DNA from: the human T2T-CHM13v2.0 reference genome, Homo sapiens
NCBI RefSeq assembly: GCF_009914755.1
Contig: NC_060926.1
Length of the DNA stretch: 64,000 nt
Strand: one strand, 5' to 3'
How positions within the stretch are numbered: the stretch's first letter is position 1; every line of letters begins with the position of its first letter. This document shows, one piece after another, positions 31,786-52,347 of this stretch. The position numbers and the translations under genes are program-made. The notes beneath the pieces are model-generated. The model ran no database searches. It saw nothing but the letters and a program-made list of their open reading frames with translations, and was not told the origin of the DNA.

Positions 31786-34700
31786 TTTTAAATAAAGAAT
31801 AAAAAGGAGTTTGCATAGAATATTTATTAAGAGCTAAGAGTTTTCAAGTGAAGTGTTTGATGTGGCACTAGGTTTAGGAATCTCTAGTCCAATGATAAAA
31901 ATAATAAGTTAAAAGTTATTGAGTCTGAGTATAAAAATCAAATTTTATACAGTGATTTTTTCACACTGCAGAGTGTCTCAGATGAGCTTGCATTATTGAA
32001 AGAAAAATATATTCAAAACAAAATTAAGCTTAATTAGTTTTATTTACAAGTAAAGATGTTAATATTAAATAATACGTTCAGTTTGGGGAATGAGTAGTGG
32101 AAGAAGTGTTTAAAAATTGTGGTAATTTCTTCAACTCCCTCCTCGCCTCCCACGACAGACACACACTCTAGGTTTCAAATAATTTGGCTGTATTATAATT
32201 TTCATTAAAACATAATTATCCAAGTAAAATGGTGATGGATTTCTAGGTGACTTTTAACTGATATTGACCTCTTAGAGAGTAGGTAATTCATCTTAAGGGA
32301 TTAAATTGATTTTTAAATTCAGGGGCAGCTGACTCATGGTGAGGACATATAGCATAAGGTTGGTATTATGTATATTCCTGCCTTTAAATAAGTGGAATGT
32401 GCCACTGATAAGTTGATTCAGCTTTCTCTTATAATAAGGTAAAAATTAATTTGCATCATGCCAAATATTTGTGTGCTGATGTCTCATGCTGTCCAATAGC
32501 CTGGAGAACTGTCCATTATATGATGGTACAGTAAAAATGAGAAGAGCATGAAAACTCCAGTGATGCAGGCTGTTATTTTAAAACTTACAGATGATTGTTT
32601 GCAGGAATCCACGGGAAAGTATAGCAGAATAATATCAATTCAATATTTCAAGAATATAGCAGATGCAGATATATTTTAAGGAATGATAATATATTTCTTC
32701 TGCTGTATATCAGCTACTAGGGTGGAAAATAAAAGTTGTGCTAACAATGACCTTTTCTGATAAGCTCTGATCATTGTTAGGAGAATGAAATTACCTTTAA
32801 TATTTGACTTTAAGATCACCCCAGATACTTCAACTACTTGGTTTTGAAAATCCTTTTCTACATTTTTCAGTTTTATCTAATTGTTTTGCTTTTTTCTAAT
32901 TTTTTTTTTAGTTACTCAATCTCAATAAGAGGCTTAATACTACTTTTTTGCAAACTCTAAAGAGTCTTTCATGACAGCATAAATTACTGGTCTATACGCT
33001 AATTTATGATTCTTTTTAAATTCAAAACTGATGTTGGGTGGCTGGTTCACTTTTTTGTAAACTTAGAACACAATCCTCCCAAATGAGTCAAAACTAATGT
33101 TTTATCAAGCTGCTGATTTGAACTAGAAGATTTACAACTTCCATTAACTTCATTAAACAAGACTGAATGATTGTCACTGCTATTTAGATATCCTTTTAGA
33201 ATTATTGCACAAACATTGTCAGATTGTTTTATGTAAACTTCCAAGTTATTTATGCTAGCAGGAGGTAGTCTGCATCTAAAAGGGATAAACTGACTTCAGA
33301 AGAGGGAAAGAATAACACAATCTTCCACTCTCTGGCACTTTCCATTTTGTTATTTTTCTTTTGCATACATTATTTTGGATCCTCAACATTACTTCGGGGA
33401 ACTTAAGCAAGGTATCACAGTTCTGAAATTTTCATTAAATTTATTCATTTGACTAATCATCTATTTATTTAGTGAATGTTTTACCAAATTCGTACATGTG
33501 CTTGTGTTGTAGGAATGCAAAGATAGGAGCAACAACAATAAGAATAACACAAAATAGAGAAAGAAATGCACCTGTCCTCATGGATTTTTAGCCTCATAGA
33601 AAAGACAGGTAGAAAACAAAACAATTGCACATTAGAAAAAGAAAACATGCATAGATAGATAAGGGAGTACCCTGAAACATCTGGGAGCAAGGAAAGAATC
33701 ATGAAAGACATCTTCTAAGAAGTAAAATTTAGCTGAATCATGAAGTACAACTATCTTTAAATATTTTCTTTTTTTCATTATTTTGTTTCTCACCTTTGAG
33801 AACTCTAATTTGTTCAATACATTGCATCATTTTCTTACAGTTTTGTTTAATAATCCCTGCTTAAATATTTTACCACAATTTAAATTTTTCTCCATGACCA
33901 TATTTTTATCATGAGTTTTCTTTACCTGTTAACAAGTGGTACTTTTTCAATTCTCCCTTTGCCCATTCTTTATCTTTGTTTATGTGTTGTTGTAGGTCCT
34001 TTTATTTTTTATTATTATGCATTACTCAAAGATTTCTTTCCTTTCTCCTCCTTCTCCACAGCTATTGGAGTCGTTTCCAGGATTATATGGGGAGAAAGAA
34101 GATAAATATTCTCAGCTCTTCTTTGTTGCTGTGACAGAAACAGACTGTCTTGCCTATATGATGTATCTAAGACTTTTAATTTTCTCTCCTGTATTTGTTG
34201 GTGTTGTTGTTAAATCCAACTGGATGGGAAAGAAGTACTTCTGTTGCTTGTGATATTACCTTACATGTAGTTATTGAAAACAAAGAGAATGGATTTTGCC
34301 CCTCTGGGTATATTCTTATTCTGCTGTCATTTTTTGAGATTTTCCAAATCTGCATCATCCTGTCCCACAGGTGTTTTGTTTTTTTTTAGTTTTTGTTTTG
34401 TTTTGTTTTGTTTTGTTTTCCCCATGGCATCTCTCCACTTCCTCTAATTTGGCTCCTGGACAATTACAGTTGCTTTCTAAAGATATTATACATAATTAAG
34501 GCAGTTGACTTTTAACTTTCATTTACATTACTTTTTAACTTTCTAAAAAAATTTTACTACTTACCATTATGAATGGTATTTAAATTTTGTATTCTGTGGA
34601 TTTCTTGGGAAGAAATTCAATAAGATAAGATGAATGTAGCAATGCATTATTCACTCATGTTTACCTGAAGTTGGAATGTGTGTTTGAGTTAAAGGTTGAG

Positions 34701-36605
34701 TACAAATCAAATATGTGAATCTGGACACTTTGCTAAACCTCACTAGGTTCATGTCACTTCTACTAAAATAATGCCATGTCTTATATGATAGTATGTTAGT
34801 AGCAATCAATATCCCTAATGCATTCTAAGTGCTATGTAAACTGTAAAGTTCTGTATATATGATACTATTTGTTATGAATAATAATAGCAGTTTGTGTTCC
34901 CAACTATCTAACTCATAGCAAAGTCTATGCCACATCTTTATCTTTCTACCATAGAAAGGTTAAATGTGGTAGAGATGAGGTGTCAAATCTGTCAGTCGGT
35001 TGGCTAACTAAAATATAACAGCATCATAAACAAGATAAAATATAAGAATCCTTAAGCAAATGCTTTAGCAGTAAACATACTGATAAAATCAGGTCTTGGA
35101 AAGGTTTAATGTGTAAAATATGTGGAGCCAGTAGCCCTTCAGAATCCCTTCAGTAATAGCAAATTTTTAGCAATCAAATATTTAAAAATACATGACAGCT
35201 CAAAGATGCTACAAAAAAAAGCTTATGTATATACATTTAGTGCACTAGTTTCCCAGGGCTGCTATAACAAAGTGCCACAAACTGGGTGGCTGAAAACAAC
35301 ATAAATTAATTTTCTCTCAATGGTCTGAGGCTAGAAGTCCAAAATCAATGTGTCAGCATACTCATGCTTTCTTGAAGACTGTAAGGGAGAATATGTTCCA
35401 TGGTTTTAGCTTCTGGTACCACCAATAATCTTTAACTTTTCATCCTTTGCAACTGCAAAATTTCAATCTCTGAATTCACCATTATATAGAACTCTCCCTG
35501 CATTTTTGTGTTTTTTCATGTATTTATTTTGTTGTCTTATAATAATCTCAGTCATATTGAACTAGAAGCCCATCCTAATCTAGTATAACCTTGTATTAAC
35601 TTAATTAATTTCATCTGCTGCAATCTATTTCCAGGTAAATTCACCTTCTGAGATACTGAGAATTAAGACTCCAACATAGCTTTTGGGGACACAATTCAAC
35701 CTTTAAAAGTCTTCCCTTTGCTTCCCCCATCAAAAAATAAAAATAAAAATAAAGCATGGCCTTTCTGTATGCAAACCACATTCACCTGATCCAAAAGTCT
35801 TAACTATTCCAATATCAACTTAAGGTCCAAAATCTCATCAAAATCCTTTTATGGGTAAGACTCAGGATATGGTTCCTTCTCAAGCAAAGATTTTTTCCAT
35901 CTAAAGACATGAGATAAAAAGAAAACAAGTTATCTTTTTCCAATATATAACAGTGGGACAGACATAAGATAGACATTCCCATTCACAAAAAGATAAATTT
36001 GAAAGAAAAATCAGATTACCAGTCTGATGCAAGTTTGCAACTCACTTAGGTTTTAAGACTTGAGTATAATTCTCTCTGGCTCAATACTCTGTCTTCTGGG
36101 CCTTCCAAGGTAGCCTTCTTACTTGGTCTTGAATGGCAGCCTCACACTTCAGAACCAAGAGTTGATCCCACCTTCTGGAACCAATAGGTCTTATGAGCCT
36201 AGACATCAGAGGCTCCCTCCTCAGAGCCATTCTTCCTCCATTTTAACTTCTCTCTGTACTGTTCAGTACAGGTTGGCAATGTTTCTGCTGATATTACATT
36301 TTCAAAAGCCTAAGGACTCCCACAAAATCCACAGGGGTTTATGCCATTAGGCAAGAAGGTCCTCTACAAATATTTCTTCCATAATCACATGTCTATTCCC
36401 AGATTTTGCTTAGATGATTGAGTCCAAGAGTCTCAAGCCTAATTTCATTAGCAGATGGTTGTGCAGAAACAGCTTTGTTCCTGCTTCCAAACTATGCTAT
36501 CTGGATAGGCTGAAAATTTTCCAAATTATAAATTGCTGGTTTCATTTGCATTCCCTTCTTTAATTGATCTTTTCTCTTTGCATTTTAATGTAGGCAGCAA
36601 GATAA

Positions 36606-37238
<633 letters not shown>

Positions 37239-37695
37239 TAATAACAATTTACTTTTAAGTACTGAAATCTGTATTAGTTTCTGATGCCTTAATAAAGTAG
37301 CACAATCTGGGTGGCTTCTCTTAAAGCTCTGGAGGCTCCAAGCCTGAAAGCAACATGTGCAGAGAGCCACACTCTCTCAAAGGATACAGGGAATAATTTG
37401 TTTCATGTCATTCTCTTCGATTCTGGCATAACTGGCAAACCTTGTAATTCCTTGGCTTGCAGCTACATAATTCCAATCTCTGCCTCCATCATCACATGGT
37501 ATTTTCCCATACTTCTATGTTTTCATAGGTCATTTTTTAATAAGGAAACAAGTCATATTAGATTAGGAGCCCACCTTATTCTAGTTTAAACTTGTCTTAA
37601 CCTAAAAATTACATTTGCAATTACCCTATTTTCAAATAAGGCCACAAACTGAGTTACTGATGTTAGGATTTCATCATATCTTTTTTGAAGTACAC

Positions 37696-39138
37696 TATAT
37701 TAGTTCTTTCTTGCACTGCTATAAAGAAATACCTGAGACTGGTAATTAGTTACATAATAAACAAATTAGTTACTCCCAAGATACAATGGAGGTCCAGGCA
37801 TTGGGTAAATACTCCTATTCCAAAAGGGAAAAATTAGCCAAAAGAAAGGGGCTACAAATCCCATGCCAGTCCAAAACCCAGAAGGGCAGCCATTAAATAT
37901 TGAAGAGTCAAAATAATCTCTTTTGACTACTTGTCCCACATCCGGGACACACTGGTGCAAGGGGTGGGGGTCCCAAGACTTTCAGCATCTTTGTCCCTGT
38001 AGCTCTGCAGAGTTCAGCCCCCATGGCTGCTCTCATGGGCTGGCATTGAGTGCCTAAAGCTTTTCCACGTGCATGGTGCAAGCTGTAAGTGGCTCTACCA
38101 ATTTTGGGCCTGGAGGACAATGGCCCTCTTCTCACACATCCACAATGAAGCCAGGCTCTTTGCTAAAACATAGCAAGAGTGACCTTTACTCCAGTTTCCA
38201 ATAAGTTCCTAATTTCCAACTGAGTCCTCCTCAGCCTGGACTTCATTGTCTATATCTCTATCAGCATTTTGGTCAAAACTATTCAACAAGTCTCTAGGAA
38301 GTTCAAGCTTTCCCACATCTTTCTGTCTTCCTCTGAGCCCTCTAAACTCTTCCAACCTCTACTGGGTACCCAATTCCAAAGCTGTTTCCATATTTTCAGG
38401 TATCTTTATAGCAGTAACCCACTCCTGGTACCAATTTTCTATATTAATTGATTCTCACACTCCTATAAGGAAATACCTGAGACTGGGTAATTTATAAAGA
38501 AAAGAGGATTAGTCCTCTTTTGTTCTCACTCGTAGGTGGGAATTGAACAATGAGAACACTTGGACACAGGAAGGGGAACATCACACACCAGGGCCCGTTG
38601 TGGGGTGGAGGGAGTGGGGAGGGATAGCATTAGGAGATATACCTAATGTAAATGACTAGTTAATGGGTGCAGCACACCAACATGGCACATGTATACATAT
38701 GTAACAAACCTGCACGTTGTGCACATGTACCCTAGAACTTAAAGTATAATAAAAAATATATATATAGATACAGATAAAGAAAAAGAAAAGAGGATTAGTT
38801 GCCTTATGTTTCCACAGGCTATACAGGAAGCATGGCAGCACCTGCTTCTGGAGAGGCCTCAGGGAGCTTTTATTCATGACAGAAGGCAAAGTGGGAGCCG
38901 TCATCTTACATGGCAGGAGCAGAACCCAGAGAGAGAGGTGGGGAGGTGCTATACACTTTGAAACAAGCAGATCTCACAAGAGAACTCACTATTGTGACAA
39001 CAGCACCAAGGAAGATGGTGTTAAACCAGGAGAAAATACCCTCATGATCCAATCATCTCCCACCAGGTCCCACCTACAACACTGGGAATCACAATTCGAC
39101 ATGAGATTTGGAGAGGGGCACAGATCCAACCCATATCA
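37696..39138 (-). mobile_element. MSTA/B MaLR provirus with internal deletions (short LTR remnant, internal region, LTR ~38440-39138)
   Basis: ctgctataaagaaatacctgagactgg; internal agttactcccaagatacaatgg; terminus cagatccaacccatatca. Confidence 0.8.
38521..38781 (+). mobile_element. L1PA5-like 3' end inserted in the MST LTR
   Basis: cctaatgtaaatgac...ccctagaacttaaagtataat; 18-bp TSD aaagaaaagaggattagt at 38496-38513 and 38782-38799. Confidence 0.9.
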
Positions 39139-39185
39139 AAAACACTTCAAACTATAATATATAGCATTTGGCAGAAAATATTCAA

Positions 39186-42100
39186 TACAGGTGTCTTTTT
39201 GATATATTGACTTATTTTTCTTTGGATAGGTATCCGGTAGTGGGATTGCTGGATCAAATCGTAGATCTACTTTTAGCTCTTTAAGAAATCTCCATACTGT
39301 TTTCCGAAGAAGTTGTACTAATTTACATTCCCACCAACAGTGTATAAGTGTTCCCTTTTCACCACATCCATGCCAACATCTATTGCTTTTTGACATTTTA
39401 ATAATAGCCATTCTTGTGGGAGTGAGGTGATATCGCATTGTGATTTTAATTTGCATTTCCCTGATGATTAGTGATGCTGAGCATTTTTTAATATATTTCT
39501 TAGCCATTTGTATATCTTCTTTTGAGAAATTTCTATTCATGTCATTTGCCCACTTTTAATGGGATTATTATAATATTTCTTGCTGATTTGTTTGGTTTCC
39601 TTGTAGATTCTGGATATTTGTTCTTCATCAGTTGCATGGTTTACAAATATTTTATCCCATTCTGTGGATTGTTTACTCTAATTATTATTTCTTTTACTGT
39701 TCTGAAACTTTTTAGTTTAATTAGATCTCATTTATTTATTTTCGTTTTAATTCCATTTGCTTTGGGGGTCTTAGCCATGAATTCTTTGCCCAGGCCAATA
39801 TCCAGAAGAGTTTTTCCAATATTGTCTTCTAGAATTACCATGGTATCAGGTCTTCGATTTAAGTCTTTGATCCACCTTGAATTGATTTCTGTATAAGGTG
39901 AGAGATAGGGATCCAGTCTGACTCTTCCACATGTGGCTATCCAGTTATCCCAGAGCTACTTATTAAATAGGGTGTATTTTCCCCAATTTATATTTTCATA
40001 TGCCTTGTAGAATATCAGTTGGTTCTAAATATTTGGCTTTTTGTCTGGGTTTGTCTGTCTTCTGTTCCGTTGGTCTAAGTATCTACTTTTATACCAGCAC
40101 CGTGCTGCTTTGGTAACTATAGCCTAACAGTATACTTTGAAGTCCAGTAATGTGACCCCTCCAGATTTGCTCTTTTTGCTTGGAATTGCATTGGCTATTC
40201 AGGGTCTTGTTAGTTCCATATGAATTTCAGGATTAATATTTCTAATTCTGTGAAAAATGATGTTGGTATTTTAATAAGAACTGTGTTGAATCTGTAGATT
40301 ACTTTGGGCAGTATGGTCATTTTCATGATATTGATTATTCCAATCCATGAGCATGGGATATGTGTTCCCATTTGTTTGTTATCATCTATGATTTTTTAGC
40401 AGTGTTTTGTAGTTACTCTTGTAGACATCTTTTACCTCATTGATTAAGTATATTCCTAGGTGTTTTATTTTTTGCAGCTGTTGTAAAAGGGATTTAGTTC
40501 TTAATTTGATTCACAGTTTGGTTGCTATTGGTGTAGAGCAGTGCTACTAATTTGTGTACACTGGTTTTGTAACCTGAGCTTTCACAAAATCTATTGATTA
40601 AATATAGGAGTCTTTTGCAGGAGTCTTTGGGATTTTCTAACTATATGATCATCTCATGGTCAAACATTATAGTGTGACTTCCTCTTTTCCAATTTGGATG
40701 CCTTTTATTTTCTTCTCTTGCCTGATTGCTCTGGCTAGGGCTTCCAGTACCATGTTGAATAGAAGTGATGAAAATGGGTATCCTTGTCTTGTTCTAGTTC
40801 TCAGGGAGAATACTTTCAACATTTTGGAATTCAGTACGATGTTGGCTGTGGTGTTTTCATATATGTCAGATAAGTCCTTTCTATGCCTAGTTTGTGGAGG
40901 ATATTTATCATAAAGAAATGCTGGATTTTATTATATACACTTTCTGCATTTATTGAGATGATCATATGGTTTTTGTTTTTAATTCTGTTAATGTGATGTA
41001 TCACAATTATTGACTTCCATATGTTAAACTAACCCTGTGTCTCTGGGATGAAATCCACTTGACCATGGTGTATTATCTTCTTGATGGGCTGCTGGATTCA
41101 GTTAGCTAGTATTTTGTTGCAGGTTGTTGCATCAATGCTCATCAGGGATATTTGTCTGGAGGGTTTTTTTAAATTATGTCCTTTTCTGGATTTGGTATCA
41201 GGGTGATACTGGCTTAATAGAATGAGTTAAGAAGGATTCCCTCTTTTACAATCCTCTATAATAGTTTCAGTAGGATTGGTACCAATTATTCTTTGAATGC
41301 ATGGTAGAATTCAGCTGGCTGCAAATACATCTGGTTCTGGGCTTTGTTTTTTTATGATAATTTTTTATTACTGATTCAATCTTACTGCTTGTTACTGGTC
41401 TGTTCGAGGTTTCTATTTCTTCCTGATTTAATCTAGGAGGGTTTCCAGAAATTCATCCATTTTCTCTAGATTTTCTAGCTTGTGTGCATAGAGGTTCATA
41501 ATAGGTTCAAATGATCTTTTGTATTTTTGAAGTGTTGGTTGTAATGTGTCCAGTTTAATTTCTAATTGGATTTATTTGAATCTTCACACTTCTTTTCTTG
41601 GTTAATCTAGTTTATGTTCTATCAACTTTGTTTATCTTTTAAAAGAACCAACTTTTTGTTTAATTGACATTTTGTATTTTTTTCATTCGCTTTTGCTATA
41701 TCCCAGAGGTTTTGATAACTTGTGTCACTATTTTTATTCATTTCAAATATTTTTTGTATTTCCATCTTGATTGTATTGCTAACCCAAAAATCATTCAGGA
41801 GAAGATTATTTAATTTCCATGTATTTCTATAGTTTTGAGGTTTCCTTCTGGCATTGATTTCTAGTTTTATTCCACTGTAGTCTGAGAAGACACTTGATAT
41901 GATTTTGATTTTTTAAAATTTGTTGAGACTTGTTTTGTGGCCTATCATATGCTCTATCTTGAAGAATGTTTCATGTGTTGATGAGAAGAATGTTTGTTCT
42001 GGAATTCTTGGACAGAATGTTCTGTAAATATCTGTTAGGTCCATTTGTAAGTCCATTGTTTCTTGGTTGCCTTTCTGTCTTGCTGATCAGTCTGGTGCAT

Positions 42101-43370
42101 CAGTGGAGAGTAGAAATACCCCACTATGATTGTGTTGCTGTCTTTCTCATTTCTTAGGTCTAGCAGTAATTGTTTCATGAATCTGGGAGCTCCAGTGTTA
42201 GGTGCATATGAATTTAAGATTGTAATGTCTTTTGTTGGATTCATCCTTTCAGCATTATATAATGACCTTCTTTGTCTTTTTTTAACTGTTTTTACTTTAA
42301 AGTATGTTTTATCTGATAATAGAAATAGCTACTCATGCTTGCTATTGGTTTCTATTTGTGTGGACTATCTTTTTCCACTCCCTTCCTTGATTTTATTTAA
42401 ATCTTTATGTGTTAGGCGAGTCTCTTGAGGACAGAAGATATTTGGTTTGTAATTGTTTTTTATCCATTCTGCCAATCTGTATCTTTTAAGAGAAACATTT
42501 AGGCCATTTACAGCTAACGCTAATATTAAGATGTGAAGTACTGATCCAGTCATCATGTTAAATGTTACCTAGATACATTGTTTTCTTCATTGTATTATTG
42601 TTTTATAAGCCTTGTGAGTTTCATGCTTTCAAGAGATTCTATTGTGGTGCATATCAGAATTTTGTTTCAAAGTTTAGAAATTATTTCAACATTTCTTGTA
42701 GGGTGGGTCTGATAGTGGCAAATTTCCTCATCATTTGTATGTCTGAAAATGACTTTATTTCTCATTTGCTTATAAAATTTAGTTTGGCTGGACACAAAAT
42801 TCTTGGCTGACAGTTATTCTGCTTAAGGAGGATAAAATTAGGAACCCAGTCCCTTTTGGCTTATAAGGGAGGAGAAGTCTGCTGTTAGTCTGATAGGTTT
42901 TCCTTTATCAATTACCTGATGCTTTTGTCTCACTGGTCTTAGAATATTTTCCTTCATGTTGACTTTAGATACATTATTAATAATATGCCTTGGTGATGTT
43001 CCTCTTTGCAATGAATCTCCCAGGAGTTCTTTGACCTTCTTGTATATGGATATCTAAATCTCCAGCAAAGCCAGTAAAGTTTTCGTCAATTATTTCCTGA
43101 AATAAAATTTCCAAAATTTTTACTTTCTTTTCTCCCACAGGTATACCAATTATTTTTAGTTTTGTTCATTTTACATAATCCCATATTTCTTGGAGACTTT
43201 GTTCATTTCTTTGGATTTTTTTCTTTACTTTTTTCGGATTGGATTAATTGGAAAGCCATGTTTTCAAGCTCTTAAATTTTTTCTTCTACTTGTTCTGGTC
43301 TATTGTTAAAACTCTCCACTGCATTTTGTAATTCCCTAAATGTGTCTTTCATTTTCAAAAGTTCTAATTC
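39186..43370 (-). mobile_element. Old L1 (L1M1/L1PB-L1MA grade), ORF1-ORF2 body
   Basis: Minus ORFs [15 protein letters not shown]... and ILNSYAPNTGAPRFMKQLL (endonuclease); many stops and frameshifts. Confidence 0.92.
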
Positions 43371-43503
43371 CAAAAAACAGGTAAGTTGATGAGGTGATAG
43401 GTATGCTAATCAGCTCAATTGAATATTTCTCCAATGTATACATAAATTAAAACATCACATTTAACTTCAAAAGTATACAAATGTCAATTAAGAATAAATA
43501 ACT
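43371..43503 (+). mobile_element. L1MA 3' terminal fragment
   Basis: gatgaggtgataggtatgctaat...aaaacatcacat...tgtcaattaagaataaa. Confidence 0.7.
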
Positions 43504-43504
43504 A

Positions 43505-50125
<6,621 letters not shown>

Positions 50126-50439
50126 TTAATGATCTCAAAATAAAGAATAAAAACATAAATAAGATTTAAAATTTTTTTACAAGTAGATGACACATTTATT
50201 AGGTAACAATGACCTGAAACTCATAATTGTAATATTTATTATTATGATAAAAAATTGGTTAATACTGATGAATCAATAAACTTCAGATATCTATCAATAA
50301 TATTAATAAAATATTTAATTTTATTTTATTACACAGCTATTAAGTGTAACAGGAATCTCAAAAAATTTTATCTTCAGAAACTTTTTGATTCCTCATTGTG
50401 TTTTGAGTCCTAAAATTAAAGCTTAATATTATGTGCTGT

Positions 50440-50870
50440 CAAGTAAAATTGGTAAAACAGAGAGCTTCAAATGGCCTGGCCACAAATTCCCCTCTCCACT
50501 CTGCTTCCTTGGGCAAGATCTCCCGCCAAAAAGCCCTCTTTATCAAAGGGACCAGGCACAGTTCCTGATTATTCCTGAGTAGCAGGTGTCAGTTTTTTGC
50601 CAGCCCACAGAATTATGCAAACTAACCTATTATATCCTCCCATGGGAACTAAATAACACCTCACCTTCTTGATACTGCAAATCTGCCTTCCCAAACTCCA
50701 GCTTCACTCTGTTTCCAAAATGCAACCTTCATGTTTTCCTGTGTGGCATTTGGTGTTGTCTTGCCCCAGGCTGTGTGTGTGAGAAATAAATTGCTGTCAT
50801 TCTCATTTGTCCAGCATCAGGTGCAATGTGTTGGGCTATCTCCATAGCCTTCAGGTAGAAATCCATACCT
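50440..50870 (+). mobile_element. Solo LTR (MER54-like)
   Basis: ttatcaaagggaccaggcacagttcctg...gagaaataaattgctgtc; family from memory. Confidence 0.45.
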
Positions 50871-51574
50871 CACGAACAGAGTGAAGAAGTGACTAAAATA
50901 CTAATAGTAAGACAAACATTATAGTCTGGCTGTGGCTCAATGAAAGCAAGGGTAGATAAGGTCCACCTCAGGTATAGACAAGGAAAAAGTACATTGTTAG
51001 GGAATTTAAAAACAATGATAAAACTAAAAACTGGCTTCTTTTTAATTATCATCATGTACTGGTAGTGTTGGTGTTAAAACTATCCTTTTCGATGAGGTGG
51101 AACATCCTCTCCCAAATCCCCATCTATCATTGTGTACAGGAATAGCTAATGCATTACATGTTTATCATCTGATCACATGAGATCTGCAGTAAAGGAAAAA
51201 GAATCATAGCAGAATGTGACAATGTTTGAAAATTTGTGTCTAGCCAAAAACTTGAAAATCTTACAGCCTGTAGACAGCATATTGGTATCTATAAATATGC
51301 CATATGCCACTTTGTGTATGATAAGCATTAAGTGTGTTTAAGTGAAGATTATACTGTAGGTGACAAACTGAGTGTTACCAAAGCAAAGAACAAGCTCTGT
51401 GGCACATGTTACCAATGATGTCCTCAAAAAGTTTGGAACAAACAGTTATATTCAAGGACCATACGGTAAACAATCAACCAGTGAAAATCAACAGATAAGC
51501 CACTCACCAAATTTGATAGTTAATATACCTAAAATAAAAAGCCTCACAAATGCCTTTAAAAGAAAAAACAGAAA

Positions 51575-52347
51575 GATTTGCATTTCTCCAGATGCTGGTG
51601 AGGCTGTGGAGAAATAGGAATGCTTTTCCACTGTTGGTGGCAGTGTAAATTAGTTCAACCATTGTGGAAGACAGTGTGGCGATTCCTCAAGGATCTAGAA
51701 CCAGAAATACCATTTGACCCAGCAATCCCATTACTGGGTATATACCCAAAGGATTATAAATCATTACACTATAAAGTCATATGCACACTTATATTTATTG
51801 CAGCACTATTCACAATAGCAAAGACTTGGAACCAACCCGAAAGCCCATCAATGATAGACTGGATAAAGAAAATGTGACACATATACACCATGGAATACTA
51901 TGCAACCATAGAAAAGAATGAGTTCACGTCCTTTGCAGGGACATGGATGAAGCTGGAAACCATCATCCTCATCAAACTAACACAGGAACAGAAAACCAAA
52001 CACTGCATGTTCTCATTCATAAGTGGGAGTTGAGCAATGAGAACACATGGCCACAGGAGGGGAACATCACACACTGGAGGCTGTTGGGAGGTGGGGCAAA
52101 GGGGAGGGAGAGCATTAGAACAAATATCTGATGCACCAGGGGCTTAAAACCTAGATGACAGGTTGAAAGGTGCAGCATACCACCATGGCACATGTAGACC
52201 TATGTAACAAACCTGCACATTCTGCACATGTATCCCACAACTTAAGGTAAAAATTTTTAAAAAGTTGTAGTAATATTATAATGAAAACTAGCCTGAACTT
52301 GCCAAGTAAATGAATAAAATAGATCTAATTCTTCAAAAAAAAAAAAG
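51575..52347 (+). mobile_element. L1PA8-like, 5'-truncated, with 5' micro-inversion and 3' transduction
   Basis: ORF2 C-terminal remnant (HCWWQCKLVQPLWK); TSD core aaacagaaagat at 51566-51577 and 52348-52359. Confidence 0.9.
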
